DNA of 64,000 nucleotides from NCBI GenBank assembly GCA_951406725.2, contig OX597828.1, positions 19,840,001 through 19,904,000 on the forward strand, written 5' to 3'. The stretch comes from Octopus vulgaris (Eukaryota). This document shows, one piece after another, positions 43,933 through 58,486 of the stretch (its first letter is position 1; every line of letters starts with the position of its first letter). The notes below the pieces were generated by a model. That model did not search any database, was not told the origin of the DNA, and was given only the letters and a program-made list of their open reading frames with translations. Position numbers and translations under genes: made by a program.

Positions 43933-44034
43933 AAGATCAGAATACATGTATTGAATAGTTTCATATGTTAAGAGAACTCAAACATAATCTTCAGGCGCAA
44001 ACCATATATTTAACGAACTATAGAAATATGGTAT

Positions 44035-44119
<85 letters not shown>

Positions 44120-44336
44120 CGCACACGTATGCACACACACATACGAAATTCCGTCTATCAAATCCACTTACAAATCTTTGACCCGCAGCGCTATAGTAGA
44201 AGACACTTACTCTAGGTGCCGCGCAATGGGAATGAATCCAGAATAATGTGGTTTGGAAGCAAGCTTCTTACCACATGGCCACGTGCCACCGCCAATAAGC
44301 CATGCCTGCGCTCTATAAGCCACAGTTGCGACTATA

Positions 44337-44389
<53 letters not shown>

Positions 44390-44818
44390 ATAGTAATAAT
44401 AATAATAATACAAGCGAACACACATACAAGCGAACACATAACAAAGAATTTAGAATCATAAATATCTCCAATTTTGTGTGAACAGTCTGCCGTCCCTTCT
44501 TTGCCTTTTATTGTAACAACACAATTAAATGCACGATAAAAAACTATGGAAGTAAGCGTATACCAATATATATACACTGCACAACTACAAAAACTGTAAA
44601 CCACAGCATAACTTTTAAACTTTTAAAAAGAAAAGAAAAATTTTCTGAGCATTCGAAAATGTAAACATTCTTCCCTTTGCAAAAATTTTATTTTTTTTTC
44701 CAAACACAATTGAACTCAGAAATTAAAAGAAAAAAAAATCATCGAGTGAATATCAGAAAATATGCGTGTGTGAATATACATATATATATACATATGTGTA
44801 TAGGTATATATATATATC

Positions 44819-46890
44819 GGGAAGCTTTATGAAAATAAACAAAAGACGAAGGCAGGTGGAAAACAAACGAACAATTGTATTAGTATGGCGCTCAGGAAAT
44901 ATAAATAAAACAAGTCTTTAACGTTTCGAGCCTACGCTCTTCAACAGAAAGATACACAGAGAGAGAAAAACACAGAAAGAAGGAGAGAAAAAAATGCGTG
45001 CAGTAGCTAACGAATCAACATGGCGATCTGATTTCGGCCAGAGGTCAAAGATCAAACATGAGACGCGAGAGCGAAATAAGGGGAGATAATAGGGTTGATA
45101 AATGGGTTGAGGGACCAGCTAAAAGTGCGTGGGAGGGGTCTGGATGTGTGTATGTATAGGGTTGGTGTATGTATTAGTATGTATAAGGGTGTGTGTGTGT
45201 GTGTGTGTGTGTATGAGAGAGTATTAGTGCGTAAGATTGGTCTGGACGTGCGTATGTATGGGGTTGGTGTATGTATTAGTATGTATTAGTATGTATTAGT
45301 ACGTATTGGTATGTATAGGTGTGTGTGTGTGTGTGAGAGAGAGTATAAGTGCGTATGAGAGGTCTGGACGTGTGTATGTATAGGGTTGGTGTAAGTATTA
45401 GTATGTACTAGTATGTATTAGTACGTATTAGTATGTATTAGTTGGTGTGTGTATTAGTATGGCACATCATATGTGATGTGATGTGTAAAGTCATGTGGTG
45501 TAGTGAGGAGAAGAGGGGGAGGGGGAGAAGGGGGGAGAGAAGGGGAGGGGAAGAAGAGGGGGAGGAGAAGGGGGAGAGGAGAGGATGGGGAGAAGGAAGG
45601 GGATGAGGGGGATGAAGGAGGAAAGAGGGAGAGGGGGAGAGAGGGAGTGAGGGAGCAGAGGGAAGGGGAAGAGGGAGGGAGAAAGAGGGAAGAAGGGAAG
45701 GGGAGTAGGGGTGAAAGGATGAAGGACTGAAGAAGTAGGGGTCGGGGGGAGAAAGGATAGGTGAGGAGGGGGAGAGGGGGGTTAGATGAGGAGGGGGGAG
45801 AGTTGAGACCAAATGGCGTATAAGAGCGAAGAGAGAAGATTAATTCCTGTTCACGGCGCAAACGGGAATCCGGATGGCCTCTGTGTAAGGACAAACCGAA
45901 CACAGATAGGTGTTGCAAGGAGTGACCGGTGGAGCGGAAATGGCGTGAGACCGGTGTGTCGTTCGCAAGGTGGATGTCACGAAGGTGTTCCGCGAACCGG
46001 TCAGCCAAGCGGCGTCCCGTTTGTCCGATGTACAAGGAATTGCAGAGAGAGCAAGAGATGCAATAGATAATATTGCTGGAGGTGCAGGTGAAGGAGTGGA
46101 TGATGGGATAGGGTCGATGGTGGGTGCTAGTGAGGCGGGTGGTGTTGGAGAGGTAAGGGCAAGTGCGGCAACGTGGGCGGGAGCAGGGGAACGAGCCGGG
46201 TTGGGAGGTAGGGTCAGGGAAGGAGCTATGGACCAAAAGGTCTCGAAGGTTGTGGGCTCGTTTGAAAGAGGGGAGGGGTCGGTTAGGGAAGAGGTGTGAA
46301 GTGGACGGGTCGGACTGGAGATGACGGAAAGCTCGAAGAATGGTGCGTTGGAGACGTAGGGTCGTGGGGTGGTAAGTGAGGGGAAAAGGGAGGCGGGAGA
46401 CTACAGGGCGGGTTCGGGGAGAGAGAGCAGATACACGGTCCACGGACCGTGCTCTGGCAAGGGCGGTGTGGATAGTGGTGAGGGGGTATCCACGTAGGGT
46501 GAAGTGGTGAGCCATACGTTGAGACTGAGTCTCAAAGTCATGGTCGTCACTACAGAGCCTACGTAGACGGAGGAATTGGGAATAGGGGATGGAAAGCTTG
46601 GTGTGTTCTGGGTGGGAGGAAGAGAAGTTGAGGTATGAGTGTGAGTCTGTGTGTTTGTAGTGAATGGAGGTGGTAAGAGTGGAGTGAAGAATGCTAACCG
46701 AAATGTCGAGGAAGGAGACAGAGGTGTTGGAGATAGTGGAAGTGAAGTGGAGGGCTGGATGGAAAGATTGGACGAAAGAGAGGAAGGAATCTAGATGTTC
46801 GCGGGAGAGTGAGGTGGCACCGATAATGTCGTCAATATAACGACCATATAGTTCAGGAGTGGGACCAGTGAAATTAGAGAATATTTGGGC
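44819..46890 (-). mobile_element. 5'-truncated Penelope-like element (RT C-terminus + GIY-YIG endonuclease + 3' terminus with hammerhead)
   Basis: Open frame from ~46890: YGRYIDDII, FLDISV, SSHPEHTKLSIPYSQFLRLRRLCS, CSRPRCRTC, FTCTSSNIIYCISCSLCNSLYIGQTGRRLADRFAEH, R.RREQELI...PFGLN. 3' end abuts (TA)n. Confidence 0.92.
44914..44952 (-). ncRNA. Minimal hammerhead ribozyme-like motif with variant core CUGUUGA
   Basis: Minus strand: UCUUU-CUGUUGA-A-GAGC-GUAG-GCUC-GAAA-CG-UU-AAAGA. Stem I and stem II pair perfectly; stem III is the palindrome ACGU with no loop. Confidence 0.7.
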
Positions 46891-47199
46891 ATATAGCTGG
46901 ATTGCTTTTCAAGATAACGCTGGTACTAGTAAACAGGTTTGACCTTTTCCTGACCCAAAATGTCCTTTGTCCACCATCTGATGAATCTATTTATAGAACA
47001 TGACCACTCTACCGTGGTGATGGTGATAGTGAGAATAATAATAATAATAAGCTACCGCTGTGACTACACATAAAACAATGTCATTGATGATGATGATGAT
47101 GACAGTGATGACAGTGATGATGATAATTCTTATTTTATATTTGTTTATTATTATTATTTTTTTTTTCTCGTATTTTATTCTCATTTTTTCGAACTAATA

Positions 47200-50100
47200 C
47201 AGGGAGAGTGAACCTTTCATAAGTTTAAAGAAATAAATGAATAAATAAATAAAAAGAAGGGAAAACTATGCCCGGAGATAAAACTATCAACAAAAAAAAT
47301 ACAGACGAATACAGATCTGCTAGCCTAAGGAAACTGCGCTACGAACAATGTTTACGTGCAGAAAATCCTAAACTGACAGATCCGTCTCTTAATGTAAGAG
47401 TCGAAGCTCGTCATGCTTCAATGTCAACAAAACAACCTACAATCCGCGATGGTCGACGAGCGGACTACAAAAGACCACGTACCCGAAAATTGAACCAAAG
47501 TCTGATTGAAAAATCAGCTACTGGATCAAATCTTCCCGACACACAGGAGCTGGACGTACCCCGCAACTGGAATATTCCAACAGATGGTCATCCATGCTCG
47601 TCACCAAACACTCAAAAGAAAAAGAAGGAAAAATGGACTAGGGAAGATAATAAAGAAGTTCTTGCAGCCTTCTATCATGCCATATATTTCCCCACAGATA
47701 AATCGAACACTATACAAACCTACATAAACTGGAGACAGAAACACCCTGAAGTAAGGCCCTACATAGACAGTAACAAACTTGCCAACGTCAGAAGAAACAT
47801 TATAAAAAAAAAATTACTGACTGAAGTAGAGATTGAACAAATTAAACAAGCAGTAACGGATAGAATGAACGAAGCTGCAGCTAAAGAAGATAATACAGAG
47901 GAAATAATTATAGACCAGCTCAGAGCTAATACAAACGAAGTAAGGATTGAAAGAGTTAGTATAAGTGCTAGGCAAAGTGAAATACTCCCTGAACCAAATA
48001 TAAACACTAAGACAGATGAACATCAAAGAGATGAAGAAAGTCACACAAATATTGACCCGACAGAACTACATGAGCTAAAAAGTCAAATCATGATTGAATG
48101 GATGAAAATTAAAGAAACCAGTATGGATGAACGTGATACACTCCCTAAAATACGCAAATCTAACCAAAACATGAAAATAATTGGTAAAATCCGGCTTGCA
48201 CTTAAGGATATAATTTCAGCTAATGATGTTGATATCACAGATCTCAACCACCTATACAATACATCCGCGAAAATCTCAACGATCCTATGTGGTGAAAAGA
48301 TTAGAAAACGGCAACATTTCCACAAAAAGCCTTCTTGGCAAGAGCGTTTGCAACAACAAATTAAACTATTTAGATCTGACATTGAATATTTGAAAAACCT
48401 TAAGGTTCATAAGACTGCCAAACTTGCAAAAACCCAAAAACTAATGAAAAAATATAATATGAAAACTATACTTGATATTGATGCCACCATAGAAACCATC
48501 AAGCAAAAGGTATCTGCTAAAGCTGCCCGCATAGCGAGGTATGAAAAGCGTATTAGATTCTTCAGGGACAACAACATGTTCAAAAATAACCCCAAACATT
48601 TTTACAGGAAGATAGGAAAAACAACAGTTACTGTAAAGTCTGTACCATCGAAAGAAGAAGTGCAGGGATTTTGGAATAAAATTTGGGCAGAAGAAAAAAC
48701 ACACAGCGAAAAGGCCCCCTGGATTGATAGAATATCTAAAGAACTGGACTCCTTAGAAGAGCAAAAGTAGGAGGGTGTCAAGGTAGAAGATATAAGATCT
48801 GCTCTCAGGAGGTCAAGCAAATGGAAGTCTCCAGGAAAGGATAAAATCCCTAACTTTTGGTTGAATGCCTTCCCAGAGAGCCACGAACTGCTAGCAGAAC
48901 TTTACAATGATGTTTTGCAACCCTTGGCTAGTTAATGGGTTAACATTCCTGCTTCCAAAAAGTGAAGAAACAAATGAACCCAAAAACTATAGACCCATAA
49001 CCTGCTTAACAACTATGTATAAAACACTAACATCTGTCCTGACGGAATATACTTATAGTTTTTTGACAGACAGCAGCATATTCCCTAATGAACAGAAAGG
49101 ATGTAAACGTGGATCCTACGGTTGTAAAGATCAACTACTCATCAATAAGATGATCTTAGAAGATTGTCACAAACGACACAAAAACTTATCAATAGCCTGG
49201 ATAGACTATAAAAAAGCTTTTGATAGCCTACTACATAGCTGGATTAATAAATGCCTAGAAATGTATAAGATAGCACCTGCTCTGCGAAACTTTTTGTCTG
49301 TAAGTATGAGATCATGGAGAACCACACTAACTTTGAACAGTGACAATGAATCTCTAAATGCTGGTGATGTAAAAATTTCATGTGGCATTTTCCAGGGTGA
49401 CTCACTATCACCGCTCCTCTTCTGTTTAGCCTTAATACCTCTCTCAAAACTGCTCAATGACGCGCAGTACGGATATAAAATGTTTGATAAAAATATAAAT
49501 CATCTCATTTACATGGATGATTTAAAGCTCTTTGCAAAAAATGACCAACAACTCAAGGGCTTACTAGCGATTGTCAAACAATTCAGTGATGACATCAGAA
49601 TGCAATTTGGCCTCGATAAATGCGCAAAAGCTACCTTTATCAAAGGAAAAATGACAGAAACATCTAACGTTAACCTTGACCAGCAGAATGTCATAAAAGA
49701 ATTAGACCCAGCAGAGAACTACAAGTATCTAGGGGTAATTGAAGGAGAAGGAATAAGGCATTCAGAGATGAAGGAAAAGATCAGGAGAGAATGCTATCGC
49801 AGAGTAAGAGCAATACTCAAGACAGAGCTGAATGCGAGAAACAGGATCGAAGCGATCAATGCATTAGCCATACCAGTCGTGTCTTACAGTTTCAGTATCG
49901 TTAACTGGTCAATTACTGAAATATGTAATCTTGACAGAAAAATACGAAAACTGTTGACAATGCATAGAATGCACCACCCTAAGGCAGATACAGAACGACT
50001 TTATCTGGCAAAAAAAGAGGGAGGCCGTGGACTTTTACAACTGGCAATAACAATGAAGATTACTACAATTGGCCTAGACACCTACCTGAAAAACTCTGAG

Positions 50101-51259
50101 GACTGGATGTTAAAACTTGTCTCAAAACATGAAAACAAGAAAGCATCATACTCAGTAACAAAACAGGCAAAGGAATATCTAAGTGAATTCCGAATACAAC
50201 AAATTTCGGAATTAGAGATAGGCATACAAGAAACAGGCACAGAAAAAGCTAAGCGCATGAAAACCCGTGCTAAATCTGCGGCCTTAGATATTCTGAATGA
50301 TAAATGGCAAGAAAAACCTCTCTATGGCAAATACCCAAAGAGAGCAAATAATGCAGATGTTGACAAAGCCCTGACCCATCAATGGCTGATGGCCTCTGGC
50401 TTAAAATCTGAAACAGAGGGGTTTATCATAGCAGCTCAAGATCAATGCCTACCAACAAGAAACTACCAGGCCAACATATTAAAGATCAGAAGCAGTCCAA
50501 CGTGTCGTGTATGCAAGCAACAAAATGAAACCATTGACCATGTGGTCTCCAAGTGCAGTCTTCTAGCGCCTACAGAGTATCTCAACAGGCACGATAGAGC
50601 TGCACAATATATTCACTGGGTAATCTGTAAAAACCTGGATTTGCCCCATGAAAAAAACTGGTGGGAACACAAACCACCCCCAGTGCTTGAAAATGACCAC
50701 ATCTCACTCCTCTGGAACTTCACCATTCAAACTGACAGAAAGATAGATGCAAATAGGCCAGACATCATATTGAAAGACTTCAGACAAAGAACATGCCTCC
50801 TCAAACGTATCTGTCAAGACCTACCAAAAACTGAGCAAATATAAAGATCTTGAAATAGAAATCAGCAAAATGTGGAAGCTGAAGACTAAAACAATACCTG
50901 TTGTCATAGGTGCCCTGGGAATGATAGCAAAAGGAGCTGATAGCTACCTAACTCAGATACCAGGAAACCCAAAAATGGCAGAAATTCAAAAGAGGGTGCT
51001 CATGGGAACTGCTCATATCCTACGCAAAATACTTTCTATGTAATCTCAAGGTTTAAAACAAACATAATTTTCGTTTTAAAAAAAAAACAACAAAAAAAAA
51101 CTTTTTTTTTTAGACATTCATTAGTACAACACCCCCACCCCCCAAATATATGGCACACTAGGCATAACAACAACATGAACTTCCAACCCTGTTGTCTCTT
51201 GAGGTCTCTGGGTGAGACTTGGAGCCAACTTGTACAAATATAAAGCAAAAGTCAAACAT
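47200..51259 (+). mobile_element. Near-full-length R4/Dong-like non-LTR retrotransposon (single ORF, RT + CCHC + REL endonuclease), inactivated
   Basis: ORF from 47268 (KWTREDNKEV), premature TAG 48768-48770, frameshift/deletion near 48920. RT motifs NYRPITCL, WIDYKKAFDS, GIFQGDSLSPLLF, YMDD; CRVC..ETIDHVVSKC, RHD, RPD. Deletion near 50803, then KYKDL..IPVVIGALG..LRKILSM* (51043). 3' UTR followed by (TAA)n. 5' boundary approximate. Confidence 0.9.
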
Positions 51260-52282
51260 AGAATAATAATAATAATGATAATTCCTGGGATTATGAGAGT
51301 ACAGTCAGTGGTATCCCTAGACATCGAGTGGATCGTACTCATGTGTTCATTTCCTCAGGTGATATGGTATTGACGTTGGAAGCAGTGAACGCATAACTGA
51401 GGGCTGTTTATAAATTCTGACCAATGAAAAAGGTTGATTGATTGGGGTATTTGTTTGGGAAAAGTAGAAAGTTATCGAAAGAAAGGAATAGTAATTATAA
51501 AGGAGAGGGAGGTATAATCCATAGTTTGAAATTTGAGTATGCAGATGTCAGTATGGGTAGTATAGTTCATTGGTTTCACCTTAGTCACAGCAGGCGTCCC
51601 CTTCATGAATTCATATATTATAGGGTCAACAGATACAGCCATTCTGTTGTTGGAGTTCATTGTCTGAGTTGACAAATGATATTCTCTTAAAATGTCCTTT
51701 TAATTATATTGGTAGTACGATGGTATAGCATATAGCATATGAAAATAATGGTTATTTTGTTTAGTTGTTTAAATGTTCTCGTTTCATTATATGCTAAAGG
51801 CGGTTAGTACTTTTCTATTTCAAAATGCCTCTTTTTTTTTATCGAATTCTTGGAATGATGACTTGTTTTTATGTTTACAGGATATAATTACTTTTGAGTA
51901 TCTATTAATTATGTTTTCTCTGGATGTGATGATCTCCAGAGTTTTCTCTAGGCATAAATTGCACACCCACCATGTTCTATTATATGGTGTAACGTTTTTT
52001 TTTTGTATCGACCAGCTGGTCGTATGGTCCACTCCGTTCTGTTTGAGCCTTCAGCTGATGTTAGATAATGATGTGGAGTGCCTTTTATTTACATTGGAAA
52101 ACATATTCCGTAGCCATGTGGTTTCGAGTACTGTCCTACTGCACCGTACCTAGAGTAAGATCATTCCACTACAGTTCAAGCCGAACAATCAATGCCTTGT
52201 TTGCGAGAGAATTTGGCTGACAGAGACTGAAAACATGCTGTGTGCGCATATATATGTGTGAGTGTGTGTGTGCTTGTGTGTG

Positions 52283-52319
<37 letters not shown>

Positions 52320-52624
52320 ATCTACTCAAACGCTCGTGATGAGAGGAGCACACATTGTTAGCCAGTAAAGGACATGTTGAACTAGTTATGATCAAACAAC
52401 AGACAAACAAATCTGTGGTACGTAACAGAATATTTATACGAAGACAAAACATGTATGTCATGACACTTCCAATCACTTAAAATCGGAAACCACCAGAGAC
52501 ACTCTCTGATACCGCATCAAGGTATTTATCATCATTATCATCACCTTCCTCCTCCTCCTCCTCCTCCTCCTCAACATCATCATCATTATTATTATCATTA
52601 TTATTATTATTATTATTATTTTTA

Positions 52625-52691
<67 letters not shown>

Positions 52692-53261
52692 CATTATTAT
52701 TATTATATCACTTCCTTGATCTTATTTCCGAGACCTGATTATCGTTGCCTGTCTTATTGCTGGCGATGGAGAGTGTTTCTATAATTACCCTACAACGCCC
52801 TTTATATTTTTCTTCTTCTTCTTCTTCTTCTTCTTCTTCTTCTTCTTCTTCTTCTTCTTCTTCTTCTTCTTCTTCTTCTTCTTCTTCTTCTTCTTCTTCT
52901 TCTTCTTCTTCTTCTTCTTCTTCTTCTTCTTTATTGTTCTTGTCCCCGTTCTCTTATGATTCTATCTTTTTCTGATTTGGTATTGCTATTGTCTAAGACC
53001 TATCCAATATTGCCATTTTTATTGTTATTGTATATATTTCCTCCCAATGTAAGCTACATACAATACTCGACAGTCGCACAATATGAGAGCACACCAATTC
53101 ATGTAAGTCTGATGAAAGGGCAATTTGATGTTTAAAACCGCAGATATTACGTAACTTTTCACACGCAACATCTGTGTCCAATAGCATTTAAAAAATGCGG
53201 TACAGAATCAATTGTAACTAGTCATTAAAGATGTGCTAAAATTCTTGCTTGTCTTCTAAAA

Positions 53262-53368
<107 letters not shown>

Positions 53369-53661
53369 TATAAATATATATATACATATGTATATGTGAG
53401 TGTGTGTATGTGTGTGTGTGTGTTTGTGTAAAGCAGTCGCCAGCAAATAAATATATTACGAAACATATGGAAACACAACACGATAAGAAGAACGAAAGCT
53501 GCAAATTATATTCTAATTTAGTCTTTTACCCTTAAGATTAACTTCTTTCATCTTATTTTCCAGAGTCAAGTAGTTTTTCAGATAATCCGTTTCTTTTGTT
53601 GAGAAGGTTCTTTTATTTCGTTATTGTTGTTGTTGCTTCTGTTAATGCACTTGTAGTTGTT

Positions 53662-54089
<428 letters not shown>

Positions 54090-54702
54090 CTAATTTACCA
54101 TCTTTGCTATTTATCGAAATGTTTCCGTCTTCCTATAATAATGGTAGCGGTCGTCCAGAAAATGAACTTGAAGTCTTTCACCATTATTTTAGGTATATTT
54201 TTTGTATTTCTATTTCTTATAGGCCATAACTTTATACACATATACAACCTCGCACGCGCGTACGCACACAGACACACGCGCACACACACATACACACACA
54301 TACACACACATGCACACATACATACGTACAGACAGACATACACAAACACGTTCACACATGCAAACACACATAAAATGTCACACACACACATACGTACACA
54401 CCCACACACACGCGCGCACACACTCACACACATGCACACACACTCAATCACACACTCACAAACACAAACACACACACATTGTTCTTCATTTTAATGACAC
54501 CTCGTTTCCTTTTTTCTTTTTGATCTTGCATTCCGTTTCTCATTTTCTGCTAACTTTATCTTTTTTTTGTTTACATTTTCTCCATTTGCGTTTTTTCTTC
54601 TTTTCTTCTGTTTTTTTTTTTCGTCTATTAATTTCTCACCTTTATCCGCTTCTTTGTCTCTGCCACTTCATCTTTTTCCTCAACTTTTCTATTTTCTGCC
54701 GT

Positions 54703-55172
54703 TTTCTTCTTCTTCTTCTTCTTCTTCTTCTTCTTCTTCTTCTTCTTCTTCTTCTTCTTCTTCTTCTTCTTCTTCTTCTTCTTCTTCTCCTCCTCCTCCT
54801 TCTCCTTCTTCTTCTTCTTCTTCTTCTTCTTCTTCTCCTCCTCCTCCTCCTTCTCCTTCTTCTTCTTCTTCTTCTTCTTCTTCTTCTTCTTCTCCTTCTT
54901 TCTTCTTCTTCTTTTCCTCCTCCTCCTTCTTCTTCTTCTTTTTCTCCTTCTTTCTTCTGCTTCTTTTCCTCCTCCTCCTCCTCTTCCTTCTTCTTCTTTG
55001 CCTTCTCCTCCTCCTCCACTTCCTTCTTCTTCTTTTTCTCCTTCTTTCCTTCTTCTTCTTTTCCTCCTCCTCCACCACCACCTCCTCCTCCTCCTCCTTC
55101 TTTCTTCTTCTTCTTTTCCTCCTCCTCCTCCTCCTTTTTCTTCTTCTTCATCTTCTTTCTTCTTCTTCTTCT
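54703..55172. repeat. (CTT)n/(CCT)n polypyrimidine tract
   Basis: Directly visible; ~470 bp, almost purely pyrimidine on the + strand. Confidence 0.9.
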
Positions 55173-55639
55173 GCATCTTCTTCACCCTTTCCTCCCCGCC
55201 TACTCTCACTATCTAGCTTTGATGATTTTTATTTCTACACTTCTAAGTCTACAACATTTGCTCCTTTAATGAATTTGCGTAACCCTCATGTGACATTAAT
55301 AATGTCGTTATTATTACTCACAGAAATAAAGACGAGTACGAGAAAGCGTGACGGATAGCAGAGTCTGTTGAACATCGAGCAAAATCTCTTGGCTTAGTTC
55401 TTACATTTAAACTAAAGTCCCACCCATCCAAACAAAATATATTATTAAGTAAATTGTATTATCGTTTAAATCTAGTCTGCATCTTCTCAAAACTTTTCGG
55501 TAATGTCATTAAATATTGTTGTTAAGATCAGCATCGCGGTCATGAATGCTGGCGCGTCGATAATGGAATTGATCCGCTTCAGATTTATGCGGTATCTCAT
55601 GGTATAAGAAGTATGGATATACCAGGTATCATTTATATA

Positions 55640-55870
55640 TTTCTTTACTACCCACAAGGGGCTAAACATAGAGAGGACAAACAAGGACAGACAAACGGAT
55701 TAAGTCGGTTATATCGACCCCAGTGCGTAACTGGTACTTATTTAATCGACCCCGAAAGGATGAAAGGCAAAGTCGACCTCGGCGGAATTTGAACTCAGAA
55801 CGTAACGGCAAACGAAATACCGCTAAGCATTTCGCCCGACGTGCTAACGTTTCTGCCATCTCGCCGCCTT
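55640..55870 (-). mobile_element. SINE family A, well preserved
   Basis: Minus strand aaggcggcgagatggcagaaacgttagc...gagttcaaattcc (B box)...gcctttcatcctttcggggtcgat (resembles the Nin/Deu domain by recall). Confidence 0.82.
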
Positions 55871-55949
55871 ACCGGGTATCATTTATAGCTTTATACTCAA
55901 ATCAAGACTGGTGCTTTTGATTTACGGGTATAATCTAGCAACACTACTT

Positions 55950-56180
55950 CACCATACATCATATGAAGATCATAGACAATTTCGAATCCACTGGGACACG
56001 TTGTCTTCCATACGTGTGTTTGCAAGACCTCATGGCACCCCAATTTGGTGGTATACTTTAACCGAATTTGCTCACCTGACAACACATATGGATCCTAGAT
56101 AATTCCGCATCAACTCAACCACCAGTTAGGGAAAATAAGAACGAACGATTAGTGAAACTATAAAAACGATTTGCGTTTGT
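55950..56180 (-). mobile_element. Old PLE RT remnant
   Basis: Minus strand Q-I-G-V-P-*-G-L-A-N-T-R-M-E resembles PLE 'Q..GVAMGS..LAN.FM'; an upstream FTN-like segment is present. Confidence 0.35.
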
Positions 56181-56742
56181 TAAGAGGTGAGGTAGCCGTT
56201 TTAATTTACAGCAGTAAACCAGTTTTTATTGCGCCAATTTGACGAAGGAAAATTCCTAGCAATTTTACTTTCTACGTGTATCTGTAACACTGTCCCCACC
56301 ACACGTTCAACACATGAATGGTTCTCCATCTGCTCTATCCTCTCTCTTTCATACACTAATTCTCTCTCTCTCTCTCATTCACACACACACACACACTCTC
56401 ACTTTTTCTCTCTCTTATTACCTTATTAATACCTTATATAATTACATCTAAAATTAGAACCTTGATATATATATATAACTTGTTACAAATGTGTAAGTGG
56501 ATAGATATAGGAATTTTTTTTGCAATTCTGCATAATCTGAGTTCAAGTCTTGCAGAAATTAAGTTTAATTTTCATCCTTTCCATGTCGACAAATAAATTA
56601 CCAATCCAGTATAGAACCATTAGAGCGCCGATATATATATACATCTATATATATCTATATATATATATAAACACAAAAATATATATGAATATGTACACAC
56701 GCACACTCACACACACATATATATATAAATACATAATATATA

Positions 56743-56863
<121 letters not shown>

Positions 56864-57150
56864 CGCACAGTTGAGTGCGCATGCACACACATATATATGT
56901 ACCGAGGAATTATGCAATTTACTTTCCAAAAGGGTTGTAAGAAATTGGAGAGACGCCAAAAACCTGATTTAATTCGCTCATTTCATTACATTTTTATTCA
57001 ATCGCACTTTACAACCTTTTCTTGACTTGCCATTTCTTTCATTCGGCCTGTTTTTCAAAGTTACTCTCGAGAGAATGATATTGAGAAATGTGTACGCACT
57101 CAAATATACCTTCACACAAAGATGCACTCATTTAGATTATATATATTCAT

Positions 57151-57182
<32 letters not shown>

Positions 57183-57311
57183 TAAACTTCTATATGCACA
57201 CACATATATATGTGTGTGTGTTTGTGTGTATGTATAAATGTACATGTGTATATATATAGACATATGTATATGTATATATCTATACCTATATCTATATATA
57301 TATATATTCAC

Positions 57312-57436
<125 letters not shown>

Positions 57437-58401
57437 ATGTATTCAAGTACAGGTCATCCAAGCACACTAGGGAAGCTTTCTCTTCTCTAATTTTGTAATC
57501 TATGGTAATTTCGTCTCCAAAGTAACACTGTGCCGGCGTGTTTAATCGTAAATATTCCACTTGGATATCTTTCTCAGTTCGAAACTTCTGTTTTTGTCTG
57601 ACTATCTTTCAACAACTTCAACCTTCCCGAAGCTGTTCCTCACAAATGTCATTCCTCCTTATTGTAAATATCTCTCTTTTCATCTCTACTTCTCTTTTTC
57701 TCATCAATATCATGTATCTATCTTTCGCTCTCCCACTAACGCAATCCCCATGGATCACTCGTTCGCACATTGATGATGTCCCTTTATTCCCTCTACACCT
57801 CTCTCACTCTCTTTCTCCCTCACAGTCTGAATCACCCTCTCCCTTGCTCTCTCTTTCTCTCTCTCCGTTCATCCCACTCTGAAACATTATCTAACACATC
57901 TTCCACACTGCATCTCTGAGCATTTTCTAATATTAAATTTAAAAGAGTGGACATATTCAATATCTATTCTAGTTTCAATATTATTTTTGCACATAAAGCA
58001 TGTCTTCTGCCTGACCTTTTGATATTGAATAAAAGGAGTTAAGAAAATTTTGTGGCATTCATCAAGAGATATAAGACGAAAATCATTAATCAAATGCAGA
58101 CGACAGCTATTCAAATTCAGATGGGAATATATCAGTTAAGAATCTTAGTTACCGCAGGCATACAATAACTTTTATCGTATATGCATGTGTATGTGTGCAT
58201 ATTATATCATAGTACATTATATTATTACATTAAAGTATATTATATTTATATATATATATATATATATCTGTTCGTCTGCGTGTATGTGCATATGTATACG
58301 TTTATATACATATACATAAATATATATATATATACATATATATATATACATGTACATATATATATATATCTGTTTGTCTGCGTGTATGTGCATATGTATA
58401 C

Positions 58402-58448
<47 letters not shown>

Positions 58449-58453
58449 CATAT

Positions 58454-58486
<33 letters not shown>

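Noticed and set aside
44914-44952. Alternative register with core UUGAAGA
   Set aside because: Breaks the perfect stem II and stem I pairing and loses the C3-G8 pair.
51350-52200. Possible old PLE RT remnant (INSPQ-like, also near 31400)
   Set aside because: Too degraded to support by eye.
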